Assembly (NCBI GenBank): GCA_034780895.1
Contig: JAUZTB010000033.1
Coordinates: 31,337,894-31,401,893, forward strand
DNA length: 64,000 nucleotides
Direction of reading: 5' to 3'
DNA from: Rhynchobatus australiae
Taxonomy: Eukaryota
In this document: positions 50,128 to 63,330 of the stretch, piece by piece
Layout of the letters: each line of letters begins with the position of its first letter
How positions within the stretch are numbered: the stretch's first letter is position 1
Made by a program: the position numbers and the translations under genes
The notes under the pieces: generated by a model
Told to the model about the DNA's origin: nothing
The model's input: the letters and a program-made list of their open reading frames with translations, nothing else
The model's database searches: none

Positions 50128-51760
50128 AACATAGATCATTACAGCACAGGAACAAGCTCTTTGGCCCACTGATTCTGCACTAACCACGAAGCCAACCTAA
50201 TTCTATTTGCATACCGATTGTCTGTATCCCTCTATTCCCTGCTTGTTCATGTAAATCCCTCTTAAGTGTTGCCACCATATCTGTTTCAACCATCTCAGCT
50301 GGCTGTGCATTCCAGGCACCTACCAGTCTCTGTCCAAGAGAGACTGGCCGAGCAAATCTCCTTTAAGCTTTCCCCCTCTAATGTCCCCTAATATTTGACA
50401 TTTACACCCTGGAAAAAAATTATCTATGCCTCTCATAATAATTTTGTCAACTTCTAACCAGGTCTCCACTCAGCCTCCGACACTCAATAGAAAACAACCC
50501 AAGTTTGTCCAAATTTTCCTTTTCACTAGTACACTCCAATCCAGGAGCTATGGATTTGCATCTCAAGATCTTCTGTACATCAATGCTCCCAAGAGTTCCG
50601 CCATTTCCTCTCTATCGATCTTATTTCATTTCACCTCCCAAAATGCATCACCTCACACTTGTTTGGATTAAGCGTCATCTGCCATTTCTCTGCCCATGCT
50701 TCCAACCAATCTCTATCCTTTGACTACCTTCCTCACTATCCACAACTCCAATTTTCATGTCATGTGCAAACTTACTAATCAGACCACCTGCACTTTTATC
50801 TGAAATTATTAACATATTACAATCTACAGAGATCCCAGTACTGATCCTTGCAAAACACCACAGGTCACAGACCTCTAAATCAGAAAAACACCTCTCCATC
50901 ACAACCTTTTGTCTTCCATGACCAAGCCAATTTTGTATGCAACTTACCATCAATCCCATGCGACTTAATCTTCTGGATCAGCACACCATGAAGGTCCTTG
51001 TCAAATGCTTTACTAAAGGCCACATAAACAACATCCACCCCTGCATTCATGGATCATCTTCATCACCTCCTCAAAAAACTCAATCAAGTTTGAGAGACAG
51101 GACCTCCCCCTGCACAAAGCCACGCTGACTATCCCTAACAAGTGGATGCTTTTTGAAATGTTAATAATTCCCTTCCCCGAGAATCTTCTCCAATAATTTC
51201 CCTACCACTGACACAAGGCTCATCAGCCTACAATTTCCTGGATTACCCTGTTGCCCTTCTTAAAAGGAGTAACATTGGCTATTCTTCAGTCATCTGTGAC
51301 CTCACCTAATGGCTAAAGAGGATACAAAGATCTGTCAAGGCCCCAGTATTCTCCTCAGTATCCTGGGACAGATTCCATGAAGCCCTGGAAGGTGGGGGAG
51401 GGAGGAAGTGTGGCAGATGGAGTGGAGAACATCCATCTCAAATGGTTTTTCAGTACCCCCATCACATGCTCCTTCTTAATATTGACATGTCCTGGAATAT
51501 CAACATATCCCTCCCTTATCTCAGCATCAGCTGCATCCTTTTCCTTAGTGAATACCAATACGAAGTACTCATTTACAACCTCACCCACTTTCTCAGGGTC
51601 CATGCACAAATTCCCCGCTTTGTGCTTGAGTAGACTTGCCTTTTTTCTAGCCACACTCTTGCTCCCAATAGACATACAAAATGCCTTAGGATTCTCTTTC
51701 TTACTTGTCAAGGATACTTCAGGGCCCCTTTTAGTTCAAACTCGTCGATTAAGCTCTATA
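50128..51760 (-). mobile_element. CR1 LINE, internally deleted
   Basis: Tail catagatcattacagcacaggaacaagctctttggccc; peptides CIQNWLGHGRQKVV, LISKFAHDMKIG, KENPKAF...VNEYFVLVFTKE. Confidence 0.88.
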
Positions 51761-52093
51761 CATTCATAGTGTCATCCAGGCTGTACATTCATTGCGCTGT
51801 CACATCAATCAGCTCTTTGTGCAAAGCACCAATNNNNNNNNNNNNNNNNNNNNNNNNNNNNNNNNNNNNNNNNNNNNNNNNNNNNNNNNNNNNNNNNNNN
51901 NNNNNNNNNNNNNNNNNNNNNNNNNNNNNNNNNNNNNNNNNNNNNNNNNNNNNNNNNNNNNNNNNNNNNNNNNNNNNNNNNNNNNNNNNNNNNNNNNNNN
52001 NNNNNNNNNNNNNNNNNNNNNNNNNNNNNNNNNNNNNNNNNNNNNNNNNNNNNNNNNNNNNNNNNNNNNNNNNNNNNNNNNNNNNNNNNNNNN

Positions 52094-52217
52094 TTCAAAA
52101 GAATGTTTCATCTTCAACTCCATGACTCCTGGAGATCAGTTCATTTTCCACTCACTCAATCACCCTAAGCAACAGAAACTTTGACCAGGGGTGCCCAAAC
52201 TTCTGCACGTCACTGTA
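52094..52217. mobile_element. Tc1-like transposon end (terminal inverted repeat plus TA)
   Basis: ggggtgcccaaacttctgcacgtcactg|ta reverse-complements to TA|CAGTGACGTGCAGAAGTTTGGGCACCCC, typical of Tc1 TIRs. The partner end is not seen (adjacent gap). Confidence 0.6.
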
Positions 52218-52379
52218 TATCTTACACCATAAATAACGTGACTCATATTTATTCCTCTGTTCTGACCTATACAAAAAGATCACTTCTGGTTTAAAAAAAA
52301 AGTTGACTTTAATTCCAATGGATTCATTTATTCCTTCAGCTTGTCCCTTATACTTTTGTTCTCACTTTCTTTAATTCTA

Positions 52380-53500
52380 CGTTAGACTATTGTTTATTGA
52401 CTACAGCTCCGCCTTCAACACTGTGGTTCCAAGCAACCTCATCACCAAACTCCTAGATCTGGGGCTCAACACCTGCCTTTGCAACTGGATACTTGACTTC
52501 CTGACCAACAGACTGTAGTCAGTGAGGATAGGCAGCAACACCTCTGCCACGATTATTCTCAACACTGGTGCCCCACAAGGCTGCGTCTTCAGCCCCCTAA
52601 TCTACTCCTTGTACACTCATGACTGTCTGGCCAGTTTGCAAATGATACCACCGTTGTAGGCCGTATCTCAAATAATGATGAGTCAGAGTACAGGAAGGAG
52701 ATAGAGAGCTTAATGACATGGTGTCACGACAACAACCTTTCCCTCACTGTAAGCAAAACAAAAGAGCTGGTCATTGACTTCAGGAAGGGGGTGGTGCACA
52801 TGCTCCTGTCTACACCAACTGTGCTGAGGTCGAGAGCTTCCGGTTCCAAGGAGAGAATATCACCAATAGCCTGTCCTAGTCCAACTATGTAGCCACGGCC
52901 AAGAAAGCTCACCAACACCTCTACTTCCTCAGGAAGCTAAAGAAATTTGGCATGTTCTCTTTGATACTCACCAACTTTTATCAATGCACCATAGAAAGCA
53001 TCCTATCTGGATGCATCATGGCTCGGTTTGGCAATTGCTTTGCCTGGGACCACAAGAAACTGCAGAGAGTTGTGGACACAGCCCAGCACATCACGGAAAC
53101 CAGCCTCCCCTCCATGGACTCTATACTTCTTGTTGCCTCAGTAAAGCAGCCAGCACAATCAAAGACTCCACTCACCCCACACCTTCTCTCTTCCCCCCTC
53201 TCCCATCGGGCAGAATATACAAAAGGCCAAAAGCACGTACCTCCAGGCTCAAGGACAGCTTCTATCCTGCTGTTATAAGACTACTGAACAGTTCCCTAGT
53301 ATGATAAAATGGATTCTTGAACTCACACCTTGTCAACCTGCACTTTCTCTGTAGCTGTGACACTTTATTCTACATTCTGTATTGTTTTACCTTATACGAC
53401 CTCAGTGCACTTGTGCAATGAAGTGATCTGTATGAACCATATGCAAGACAAGTTTTTCACTGTACCTCAGTACAAGTGACAATAATAAACCAATTCCAAT
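52380..53500 (+). mobile_element. Rex1/Babar LINE, 5'-truncated (RT plus 3' tail)
   Basis: Encodes [51 protein letters not shown]; tail tttttcactgtacctcagtacaagtgacaataataaaccaattccaat. Confidence 0.92.
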
Positions 53501-56029
53501 AGATCAGAGAATCCTCCATTTTGCATCCTTTCCTAGACTTACTTTGCAAATGTAGTCCTCAAATAGGTGGACCTGTATCTTCTCCATTGTAGCCATCTCG
53601 AAGACAACAGGCATTGGGAGTGAGACTCCAACCATTAAGGAAGGATCTGATGGGGGAAAGAGACCCTCTCACCACCAACCTTGCAAGGTCTTGGTGCCTG
53701 TTGGCGAGTTCTGAGGAGGAGAAATTCTGCTAAATAATTTTAAACAGTCTGCTCAGCAAACCATCCCACAAGATCTATCATGTTCTTCTCCCACAGGGCC
53801 TGCAGTGTGTCCCACGCTGACTACTGCCTGATGGACATAGGTGTTTTTCCAAAGGAACTTTTCTGTTGAAGACAGGCAGTGTGGCAAAAACCAATTAAAT
53901 GGGACATTTTGCAGCAATGAGGCCAAGCTCATTCTTTGCAAACTCATTGAAACTCAACTACAAAACTTGCTAGAACTCACCAAAACTCATGGCATAACAA
54001 GACCCAATTTTACCATGCCTTTCCAATCAGCTCACATTTGGGTCACAGTTTGCTGCAAGAAACCTGCAGTGAGACATCAATGCCGTAAGCTTTGGCTCAG
54101 CACAAAAGAGTTAGTCTACAGCAGCAGATTCAGTAGGTACATCTCAGGAGACAGCAACTGCATGTGTCTAATTTTATTCAAAGAAATTTAAATATGTAGC
54201 CAGTTCAGCAGAGCTCAAATGTGAAATAACCAAAGATTGGAAGTCAATTTGATGAGGGTGACTGCGATATCCCTTTGTCATGAGCCAAAAGAAATCTATC
54301 AAAGCAAAGCAGAATTCAAAGGAGTTGCTGAATAAAAGTTGAAGGAAATATTACTAGGTATAAATAAGATGAAGAGTACAAGAATAGACCAGTTTAGATG
54401 AAGCAAACCACAGGCTCAGATTTCATACACTGAATGGCCCATTTCTGTGTTGCTGCAACATTCTAGGAACGATACCCAAAAGAAACTTAATTACTAGAAT
54501 TTTGGGTTTCTTCTTAAAACAAACATTCTTACCCTCACCACCCTTTCAGCACACCCCCATCAAATGCTGATAAGCCTGATGTTAAATGCATATTAACTTT
54601 TCTGTTTCTATTTCACATTTTAATGTTGAATAGAATACTTCAGTAGAAAAATTCAGCACTTATCCCTTGTTTAGGATGTGTATGATCATAGTCTAAAGTT
54701 CCAAGCACCAGAGATTTCTTAATCACTGGCAAAAATGACTTTCCAAAATAGTGAATGTATTTCAAAATTTGCTCAAGTTCATAAAACCCAAAGTACAGAA
54801 CTTTTATTCCTTTAGATGTAACAAAATTCTCAACTGAGGGAAGAGAATCATCTGTGAAGGGCACTGCAGGCAATTCAAGGATTTCAATAGGTTGAACATA
54901 ATGAAATACAAAGTGTCAAAATTAATGATTTGAAAAGAGCCAATACAGCAGTGTGCTTCACATCAGACTGAAAACAATTAACAATTAGGACAGGATCAGC
55001 CCAAAAATGAATGGTTATAAAATACATAGGATAACAAACCATTTTATTCATCATTAAGATGTCCAAACAAAAACTTTAAAACCAACAAGCTTTTTCAGTC
55101 CATAAGTCAAATCACACTGATGGTTTAAACTTTTACTCTGCAAATACAAAGGATGGAAATCTTAACCATTCAGGAAACCATTGCCCTAAATTCATCAAAA
55201 CTTTTTGGTGCCAGATTTCTCTTTGAGAAGTTACACAACCCATTACAGTAAGTCTTTATACAATGGCAACCAGACCAGATTTAAGAGCAAGTAGTTTAAA
55301 AAAAGTTATGATAGACATAATACCAATAACTGAGAATTCAAAACACAAGAGGTAGATTTAACTCCATCTATCTTGAAATTAGGTTTTCAGAACATCAACC
55401 CATAATCAGGCAGCAGCTGGCAAAAACACTAACAATTGAAAAATTTCTAAAAGCTGGGAGAAACATGCCCATTTTTTCAAAACATCCTGAAATTTTGTAA
55501 AGCTTTTCATTGGTCATACATCAAATCATCAGAAGTTCAACTGAAACATCAAGGTTAAATGCTGATATCTTTTCTCTTCCAGGACATTAGGGAAAACATT
55601 TTAAACATTGTCCCTCTAACATTGGCAGCAAGAAAATAAACCGTATTTTGGATATGCTACAACATCCATTTCAGAAAAGGGTTAAATACTGCCCCCAGCA
55701 CAAACCATAAATTAAGATAAACTCAACTGCACCATTTAAAAAAAAGTGACTTGAGAACCAAAAAGTTTCTTGTCGACCCAAAGCCCACGGAAAGCAAACC
55801 GTTAGAAAGATATAAACACAAGAGGTGCGCCAGTGTTTTCCATTTTCCAGGACACTTATTGTTATGAACAAAATTGGTTTCTACAATTATGTTCTTTAGT
55901 GTTCCAAATTGTTAAGCTCTGACCCAGTCCTGTAGCCACTACAACAGTCCCACAACTTCACATTATTTCATACATTTGCAAGCAGACAGTAAACTAAAAG
56001 TCTATCCACCTCTCACCCCTATACTTCTA

Positions 56030-56720
56030 ACTCCATTAACCTCACAGGCGGACCTCTCGCCATCAGAGACACTTAGCTGGAAGAATCAAAACTGGAAGCT
56101 GTGCAGCGCGCCTCCGCACTCACCTCACAGCGCGGCGCTGCATCTGGACGCCATCTTCCAGCGATCTCCAGTATCCACAAGGGGCCGTCACTTCCGGGAA
56201 TCAAGTCGAGGCTCCAGTGCTTGATGCGGGGGGCCCTTTAAATGACCGCGGTGGACAGGAGGAGGTTTTGCTACGCGGTCGAGCTCGGAGAAGTGGCGAA
56301 TGAACAGGCGATCGGTCGAAGCGGCAGAAGAAGGGAGGATGGAATCCCGAGCAGCCCGGCGTTCGGCGAGAACAATAGGACGAACGTTCCGATCGAACCC
56401 CGAGACAGTCTGGCAGCGTTCTATCGCAACACTCAGGATTCTGCACGGATGCCGTGGTCACGCAGGAAACCTGCCCTTGCGGTGCGCGAATTGTTCGACG
56501 TCCTATGAAATGCAGCGTCCTGCCTAAACAATGGCAGGAATTCCGATCGCACCTCCTTGAAGCGCAGCGAATCAGCCCAGCAGCGTGACAGTTTCCAATT
56601 GCTATTGTGATACACAACGGCTTGGGCTTCCATCGTGTTATGATATTCCAACATCTACATTTCTTAAAAATTTTCATCCCCCCCAAACACAAAATTTCTG
56701 GCGTGTCCGAAATCTGTTAG
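56030..56720. promoter_or_regulatory. CpG island / PIK3C2A promoter
   Basis: The only CpG-dense stretch in a CpG-depleted window. Contains ETS plus half-CRE CCGGAAGTGACG (minus, 56186-56197) and YY1-type AAGATGGCG (minus, 56149-56157). Confidence 0.85.
56124..56200 (-). other. PIK3C2A: Probable non-coding exon 1 of PIK3C2A (TSS approximate)
   Basis: Consensus donor GAG|GTGAGT at 56123 at the edge of the CpG island, on the same strand as the gene. The coding exon at 22184 begins with an acceptor and needs an upstream exon. Confidence 0.7.
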
Positions 56721-57711
56721 TTACATTGGTCGTTCTCGCCAATCTGAAATTAATATACAGGGTTGATTCGAGTAGTTCAGGAAACGAAATCACTGATTCA
56801 TTTGCAGCATTGGTTCATTCCATCATCATGAGCTTCCTGGGATTAAAAATGTTAACTTTAAATAATTTACGGATAACTCTACATTTAACCATTTTATTGG
56901 ACTGTATGTATGAATTAGGCTCCTCACATTCGGATATATCTGCATTCGTAGACATCTGGGATGTGCGGGTTAAATATTTGGAATAATCCACAAATTGTAT
57001 GACATTCGATTCATTTCATTTTAAACTACACCACCTGCGTGTGGACCACAGGGGGAGAAACGGAAATATAACAGTAAATCTGAACCAAAGCATTAAAACT
57101 TGTAACAAATGCCGAACATAAATTGGTAGCTATCTCCTAAGAGGAATTCTCGATCCACACCGGATCTGACCTTAATGTTATTGTTCCAATTAGCCAGGCA
57201 ATTCTTCCTAATTCTTAGGGTTCCCTGGGACTAGAGGATGACTTCCACACGAGTTCTGCGGTGGCTAATGTGGGACTTTTAGACGCTCAAGTGGGGCTGG
57301 AGATGCTTGACAAGGTCGGGCAGGTTTTAAACTGCAATACGCCCGGATCTTCCCTCTACCCCTCACTCTCCTTTGGACTCAACCTTGTGCCTGAGCTCTA
57401 TCTCCTTACTCCCCACTTTAATGAATTCTAAGGCAGGTCTGATATTGGATTCTTCTTCCTTCACCTTCATGCTCATTTCTTTGACTCATGACTCTTCACC
57501 CTAGATGGAGCCCTTTCTTCCATCTCCAGGATTTCTATTCCTCTTGTTCCCTTTTGGTTTTGTATCCTCCAGATCAAATTATGGGAACTTGCATGGACAC
57601 GTGCTATGCCTGTCTCTTTATCAGATACATGACAGAATATTTGCTTCAGTCTTATTTTGGCTCCACGCCGGTGTCGCTCAGAACTCGCATTTGAATGTCT
57701 TTGACCATTTG

Positions 57712-58350
57712 ACATAGGAGCAGAATTAGGCCATTCGGCCCATTGAGCCTGCTCCACCATTCAATCCTGTGGCCAATTTATTTTTCCCCTCGACCCCATT
57801 CTCCTGCCTTCACCCGTAATCTTTGACACCCTTATTAATCAAGAGCCTGTCAACATCCACTTTAAATATACCCAATGACTTGGCCTCCACAGATTCACCA
57901 CCCCCTGTCTAAAGAAATTCTTCCTCATCTCTGTTCTGAAGGGATGCCCTTTTATTCTGAGGCTGTGCCCTCTGGTTCTGGACTCTCCCACTGCTGGAAA
58001 CATCCTCTCCACATCCACTCTTTCCAGGCCTTTCAATATTCAGTCGGTTTCAATGAGNNNNNNNNNNNNNNNNNNNNNNNNNNNNNNNNNNNNNNNNNNN
58101 NNNNNNNNNNNNNNNNNNNNNNNNNNNNNNNNNNNNNNNNNNNNNNNNNNNNNNNNNCTCCACATCCACTCTTTCCAGGCCTTTCAATATTCAGTCGGTT
58201 TCAATGAGATCCGCCCTCAGCCTTCTAAACTCCAGTGATTACAGGCCCAGAGCCATCAAACATTAACCCTTTCATTCTCAGGATCATTCTCCTAAGCCTT
58301 CTCTGGATCTTCTCCAATGCCAGCACATCCTTCCTTGGATGTGGGGCCCT
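57712..58350 (-). mobile_element. CR1 3' fragment nested in the Penelope-like element
   Basis: Tail gacataggagcagaattaggccattcggccc; peptide GESRTRGHSLRIKGHPFRTEMRKNFF. Confidence 0.88.
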
Positions 58351-58769
58351 TTGCTGTCAATTTGTACTCTGCTCTCTTTCACGAAGTCTGTAACTGACTC
58401 TTTCCTCCCCTGACCCCTTCCTCCCCATCTTGGGGGGAAGAGTTCAGCAATCAGACAGCTGTCATGACTACACCTCTTCCCACCCTCATTTCTCTAAGAA
58501 CACCATTCTATTCTCGGTTTCTCAGGCTCCAGTCATATCTGATTGAGACTTTCCATACCATTGCTTCCAAGATCTCTCATGTTTTCCTTAACTGTGACTT
58601 GTTTTCCTCTGCAGTCAACAGGTCGTTCAACCACACCTCTTTTTCCTGCATTTCCGCTCTCACTTCCTCCTCAGCCGCAGCAAGGATAAAGTATTCCTGC
58701 TCCTCACTTTCCACCTGGCCAGTCTCCACATTTATGCTCTGTAATTTCCACTGCCAGTCATATGATATG

Positions 58770-59433
58770 GAGAACACACACCAGTCCTCACTGAGGGGTC
58801 AGCGGGGGGAAAAGGCAAGCAGCTTCAAGTTTCTGGGTGTCAACATCTCAGAGGATCTCTCCTGGGCCCAGCACATTGATGCAATCACAAAGGCGGCACA
58901 CTTAGCTGCTCTACTTCATTAGGAGGTTGAGGAGATTTGGTATGTCACCAAAGACTTGCAAATTTCTATAAATGTACAGTGGAGAGCATTCTGAGTGGTT
59001 GCATCACAGCCTGGTATGGAGGCTCCAATGCACAGGATCGCAAGAAGCTGTAGAGGGTTCTAGACTCAGCCAGCTCCATCATGGACACAACCCTCCCCAC
59101 CATTGAGGACATCTTCAAGAGGTGGTTCCTCAAGGCAGTGGCATCCATCACTAAGGATCCTCACCATCCGGGACATGCCTCCTCCTCATTACTAATATTG
59201 TGGAGGAGGTCCAGAAGCCTGAGGACCCACACTCAACGATTTAGGAACAGCTTCTTCCCCTCCGCTATCAGATTGCTGAATGGTCCATGAACACTATTAT
59301 TCCTTTTCTTTTGGCACTATTTATTTATTTTGTAATTTATGGTAATTTTATGTCTTTGCACTGTACTACTAGCACAAAACAACAAATTTCATGACATACA
59401 AGTCAGTGATAATAACCCTGATTGTGAATCTGA
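58770..59433 (+). mobile_element. Rex1/Babar 3' fragment nested in the Penelope-like element
   Basis: SSFKFLGVNISEDLSWAQHID, RFRNSFFPSAIRLLN; tail ctgattgtgaatctga. Confidence 0.88.
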
Positions 59434-60603
59434 TTTCCTTTCCCTTTCAGCATTCTAAAGGGAGAATTCGCTCTGCAAATGCCTGGGTCATTCTTCCATT
59501 TCCACCAGCCACTCCCCTTGTCACAACAATTTCCTGGGAGACTGGACTTCTTTCCTTGCTACCATTTAGAGACCAAACAGTCATTCCCATGAAGCAGCCA
59601 TTAACTTCTGTTTCTCCTAGTCTATCAAATTTTTATTTTCAGAAACTGTCTTATTAGAAGCCTGGCACTTCTATGGTGCAACTATTATTTGCCTGAAGGT
59701 GGTCTTGGTCTTGTTGCATGCAGGCATGGACTGCTTCATTTGCTGAGGAATTGCCAATAGAATTGAATATTCTACAATCATACATTTATATCCTCACTTC
59801 TGAGCTCATGATGGGGCGGGGGTGGTGGGGAAGGCCATTGATGAAGCAGCAGCAGATGGTCCCAGGGCACTGCCCTGAGGGACTTCTATAGGGATGTCTT
59901 GGGACTGGGATGATTGACCTCCAATAATCAAAACCATCTTTCCGTGAGATATGACTCCAACCACTGGTGTGTTCTTCCTTTGATGCCATTTGACTTCAGT
60001 TTTAACCTGGAGCCTTGATGCCTCACTCAATCAAATGCTGCCCTGATATCAAGGCAGTCACTCTCACCTTTGGAATCACCTTATTGCTTTTGGAGCTCAT
60101 GACATGCTCCTTTGCATCAGAGGAAAAAAAAATGCAGATTGAGTAACTACTTTGCAGAACACCTAAAGGTGACCTGGAACTTCCAATCACCTGTCACTAT
60201 AATTCTCCTTGCCACTCAACTCTAGCATCTCGGCCTTTGGCATTCAATACTGTTAATGTGTTCCAACAAAGCCCAATATAACTTCATCCTCTGTCCAGGC
60301 ACATTTTAATATTGAGTCCCGAGGGCAATAATTTCAGCTCACCTTTTCATTGTTGTGGCAGTTGTGTTCTGTTTCTCACAGAAAAGTAATGATGTGCTGG
60401 TACTAACTGCCCTATTCAGCTTCCTTGATTTATGCTGCTCCAACCAGATCAGCTAATGGCCATCATCTATCTTTAGTCTCCACCCTATGAAGTATCTCTT
60501 TCTCTGCAACATAAAATACACTCGCTTTCTCATTTTTCTATTCTGCTAAAGCCTCATTGGCCTGAAATAGTAAATATGTATCTATCTCCATAGATGCTAC
60601 TTG

Positions 60604-60780
60604 ACATAGAGTTATACAGCACAGAAACAGGCCCTTTGGCCCAACTTGTCCATGCTGAACAAGATGTCTATCCAACTTAGCTCCGTTTGCCTGTGTTTGG
60701 CCCATATCCCTTAAAACCTTTTCCATCCATATACCTTTTTTTGTTCAAATGTCTTTTAACCATTATAATTGTACCCACCT
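60604..60780 (-). mobile_element. CR1 3' tail
   Basis: acatagagttatacagcacagaaacaggccctttggcccaacttgtccatg is the reverse complement of the 12230-12390 family. Confidence 0.8.
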
Positions 60781-61384
60781 CTGTGGGAACATTGTGCTCT
60801 GACATTAATCTCATCACCCTGAGTGAGACGCAATGGGCAAGAGTGGACCAACTCAGAACAAAGGTGGTTTCACGGGTGAACTTCTTCATCAAGCATTTGG
60901 TTTAGCAAATCATTAATTGCCACCACTGAATGTATGAATTTCTCATAACTCTCCACTCACTTATGGTCAAAAAAAAACAAACCCCAAGTCTAAAAAGGGA
61001 TCTATTTCATTATCTCCTAACCCTGGCCCTAAAATAAGGATGCCAACAGAAATTTTGCCTCAGGAAAATCAGTGTTGAAGATCTCAAGGAGTCCACATAA
61101 ATAGCTCAAACAATGCTTCAGAGACAACCTGATGATCCTCAACCGAGAGAAGTTTCAGAGAGAAGCATCTGGATTATTCTGATGTCCACCATGATTAGCA
61201 CCTGTGAAGAGACTCGTAGCTTTTCTACCAGAAAGCACTAGACTGTGCCGAGATCACCGAGTAGTATACAGCACTTTGTTCAGGTTGCAGTCTCTTCTTG
61301 GAGGTGCAGATTTAAATCCCACTCCTGCCATTTAGTTTTCATTTAGATAATGACAGCACCCATCCCTTAGTTATTTGTTTGAGG

Positions 61385-61555
61385 GTGACACAACTAAGAG
61401 TGTTACTGCTTCTCAGCTCCATTGACTAGGATTTAATCCTGACCTCTGGTGGACTTTGTATGTTTTTCCTTTGGCTGCGTGTATTTCTCCAGCTGCTCTG
61501 GTTTCCTCTCAAATCCCAAGGACATACAGTTTGATAGATTAACAGGCCACTGAAT
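61385..61555 (+). mobile_element. V-SINE fragment
   Basis: atcctgacctctggtg...gctgctctggtttcctctcaaatcccaaggac. Confidence 0.65.
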
Positions 61556-63234
61556 AAATAACATTAACTACATTTCAAAGCAAATAAATATTTGAGGAGA
61601 TTTGAGGCAATAATTGATCATGAAAGGCTTTATACAAATATAATTTCTATCACTGCACAACTGAAACCTGATGTTTGTGAAATTGTTTAAACAGATTATT
61701 ATATTGATGCTGATTGCGACTCAGTTTCCTTCGTTGTCCAATTCTATGATTCTTTAAAATGAGTTCTGGTTATTAACTTGGCAACTTGTGGATTTAAATA
61801 CTCCAAGGCTCCTTCACTGGAAGGGGGGCAGGGGTAGGAGAAATGAAGGGAAGGGAAGAATGAAAATTTTCAATTTGTGAAAAAGTGCTCCAATTAGGTC
61901 TAACCAAAGTTAAGCAGGACAAGAATTTGAGTCATTTTGCCATGTGGGCATTGCTATTTTTCTCTCTGTGCTTATTTTAATGAAAGTCTGTGGTTCAAAG
62001 CTAAATGAACTTTGCCCAGCTTCATCATCAAGTCATATTCCCCATTATCGGAAACAATTCTGACCTGGTGATGGATTTCTGCTTTGTGTGTAGAAAAGCA
62101 CCCCCTACTGTTGGGGAGTAGTTTGCCTCTTAGTCCAACCAGTGCTTCTGCCTTAATGAGCATTACAAATTTGTGTTGATTTATTCATAATATTTTGTAA
62201 TAAATTTCATCATTTAAATACATTTGAGAAGCTAGGACATTCATTCCACNNNNNNATTTACACTGAAAAATATAGTAAACATTCTCATACTAACCTTTTG
62301 GGTTTTTTTGAATTTGTTCTTGGATTTAAGAACCTATTTCCTCATACACTGTTAAACTACATGGTGTGCCAACATTGAAAGATGAGACTTTTTGAAAATT
62401 ACCTCTGATATTATTATCATAATTTTAAACCAGACTACTAAGTATAAATAATTTGAAATAAGAGAAAATGCTGGAAATACATTATAGGACAACTGGCATC
62501 GATGGAAATCCACAGATGAGTATTTTCAGTTGTATGGCATCTGCAGTATTTTGCTTTGAATTATTAGAGTATCTGTACAGTTGGTATTTAAAGTAGTACA
62601 ACAGGTATACACATTTATAATGAATTATTTATATCCTGTACATGCCAGATGCTAATATTCAGAAAAGCCAATGAATAATTTCAGAAGACCTTACTGGTCC
62701 TTGAAGAAGATAAGAGTTCAAAAAAAGTATATATATTAAATAAAAGTACATAAGAAATATCATAAATAAAATATGGCTGCTTCAAGGCCTTGAAGGAGTG
62801 TTGCAGNNNNNNNNNNNNNNNNNNNNNNNNNNNNNNNNNNNNNNNNNNNNNNNNNNNNNNNNNNNNNNNNNNNNNNNNNNNNNNNNNNNNNNNNNNNNNN
62901 NNNNNNCCTTGAAGGAGTGTTGCAGGCTTCACTTATTACTAATTTTGATAGGTGTCCAATTTTTAGAATGGGTCCAATGCTTAATGGGTGAAAATATTTA
63001 TTTGTGGAATATTTAATCTATGGAAAAATCCCACATTAAGTTGTCAATTTTGCTTTTATGGCTGATATGAATTAAGTCAGTAATAGTGATGCTCCAATGC
63101 TTCCTACTGCCACATAGATAGCTCACATGATTGATGGTGAAAACAAAATTAAGAATTCCATTCCTTTCATGGTGCATTAATTTGACGACAAATGAATGTA
63201 AATTGATGCAGAGAATATTGTAAAGATTTACTTA

Positions 63235-63330
63235 AAAATTGCTTTTTACAACTTCAGGATGTCCCAATCTTTTTTCCAGCAGCCAATGAAGTACTTTTTG
63301 ATTTGTAGTCACAACTGAAAGTTAGCTTGA
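63235..63330 (-). mobile_element. Deu-SINE/L2-type 3' tail
   Basis: caggatgtccca...cagccaatgaagtactttttg..tgtagtcac. Confidence 0.55.

Larger units (their letters stand above)
57330..60605 (+). mobile_element. Decayed Penelope-like element (RT, GIY-YIG region, terminal repeat) fragmented by nested insertions
   Basis: MGTCMDTCYACLFIRY (~57566, cf. MGTRMGPSYACLFVGY); PFYSRFLRL..ETFH (~58500); tactttgcagaacacct...cctgtcactataattc (FAEHL..CHFN, ~60150); hammerhead-like end at 60541-60605. Confidence 0.75.

Noticed and set aside
56201-56986. Several 70-160 aa ORFs over the CpG island
   Set aside because: Expected from stop-poor GC-rich sequence; no domain similarity recognised.
58008-58208. Perfect ~50-bp direct repeat flanking an N-gap (similar shorter cases at 25016/25124, 28036/28146 and 62788/62907)
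   Set aside because: Identical sequence on both sides of 100-N gaps indicates unmerged contig overlaps, an assembly artefact.
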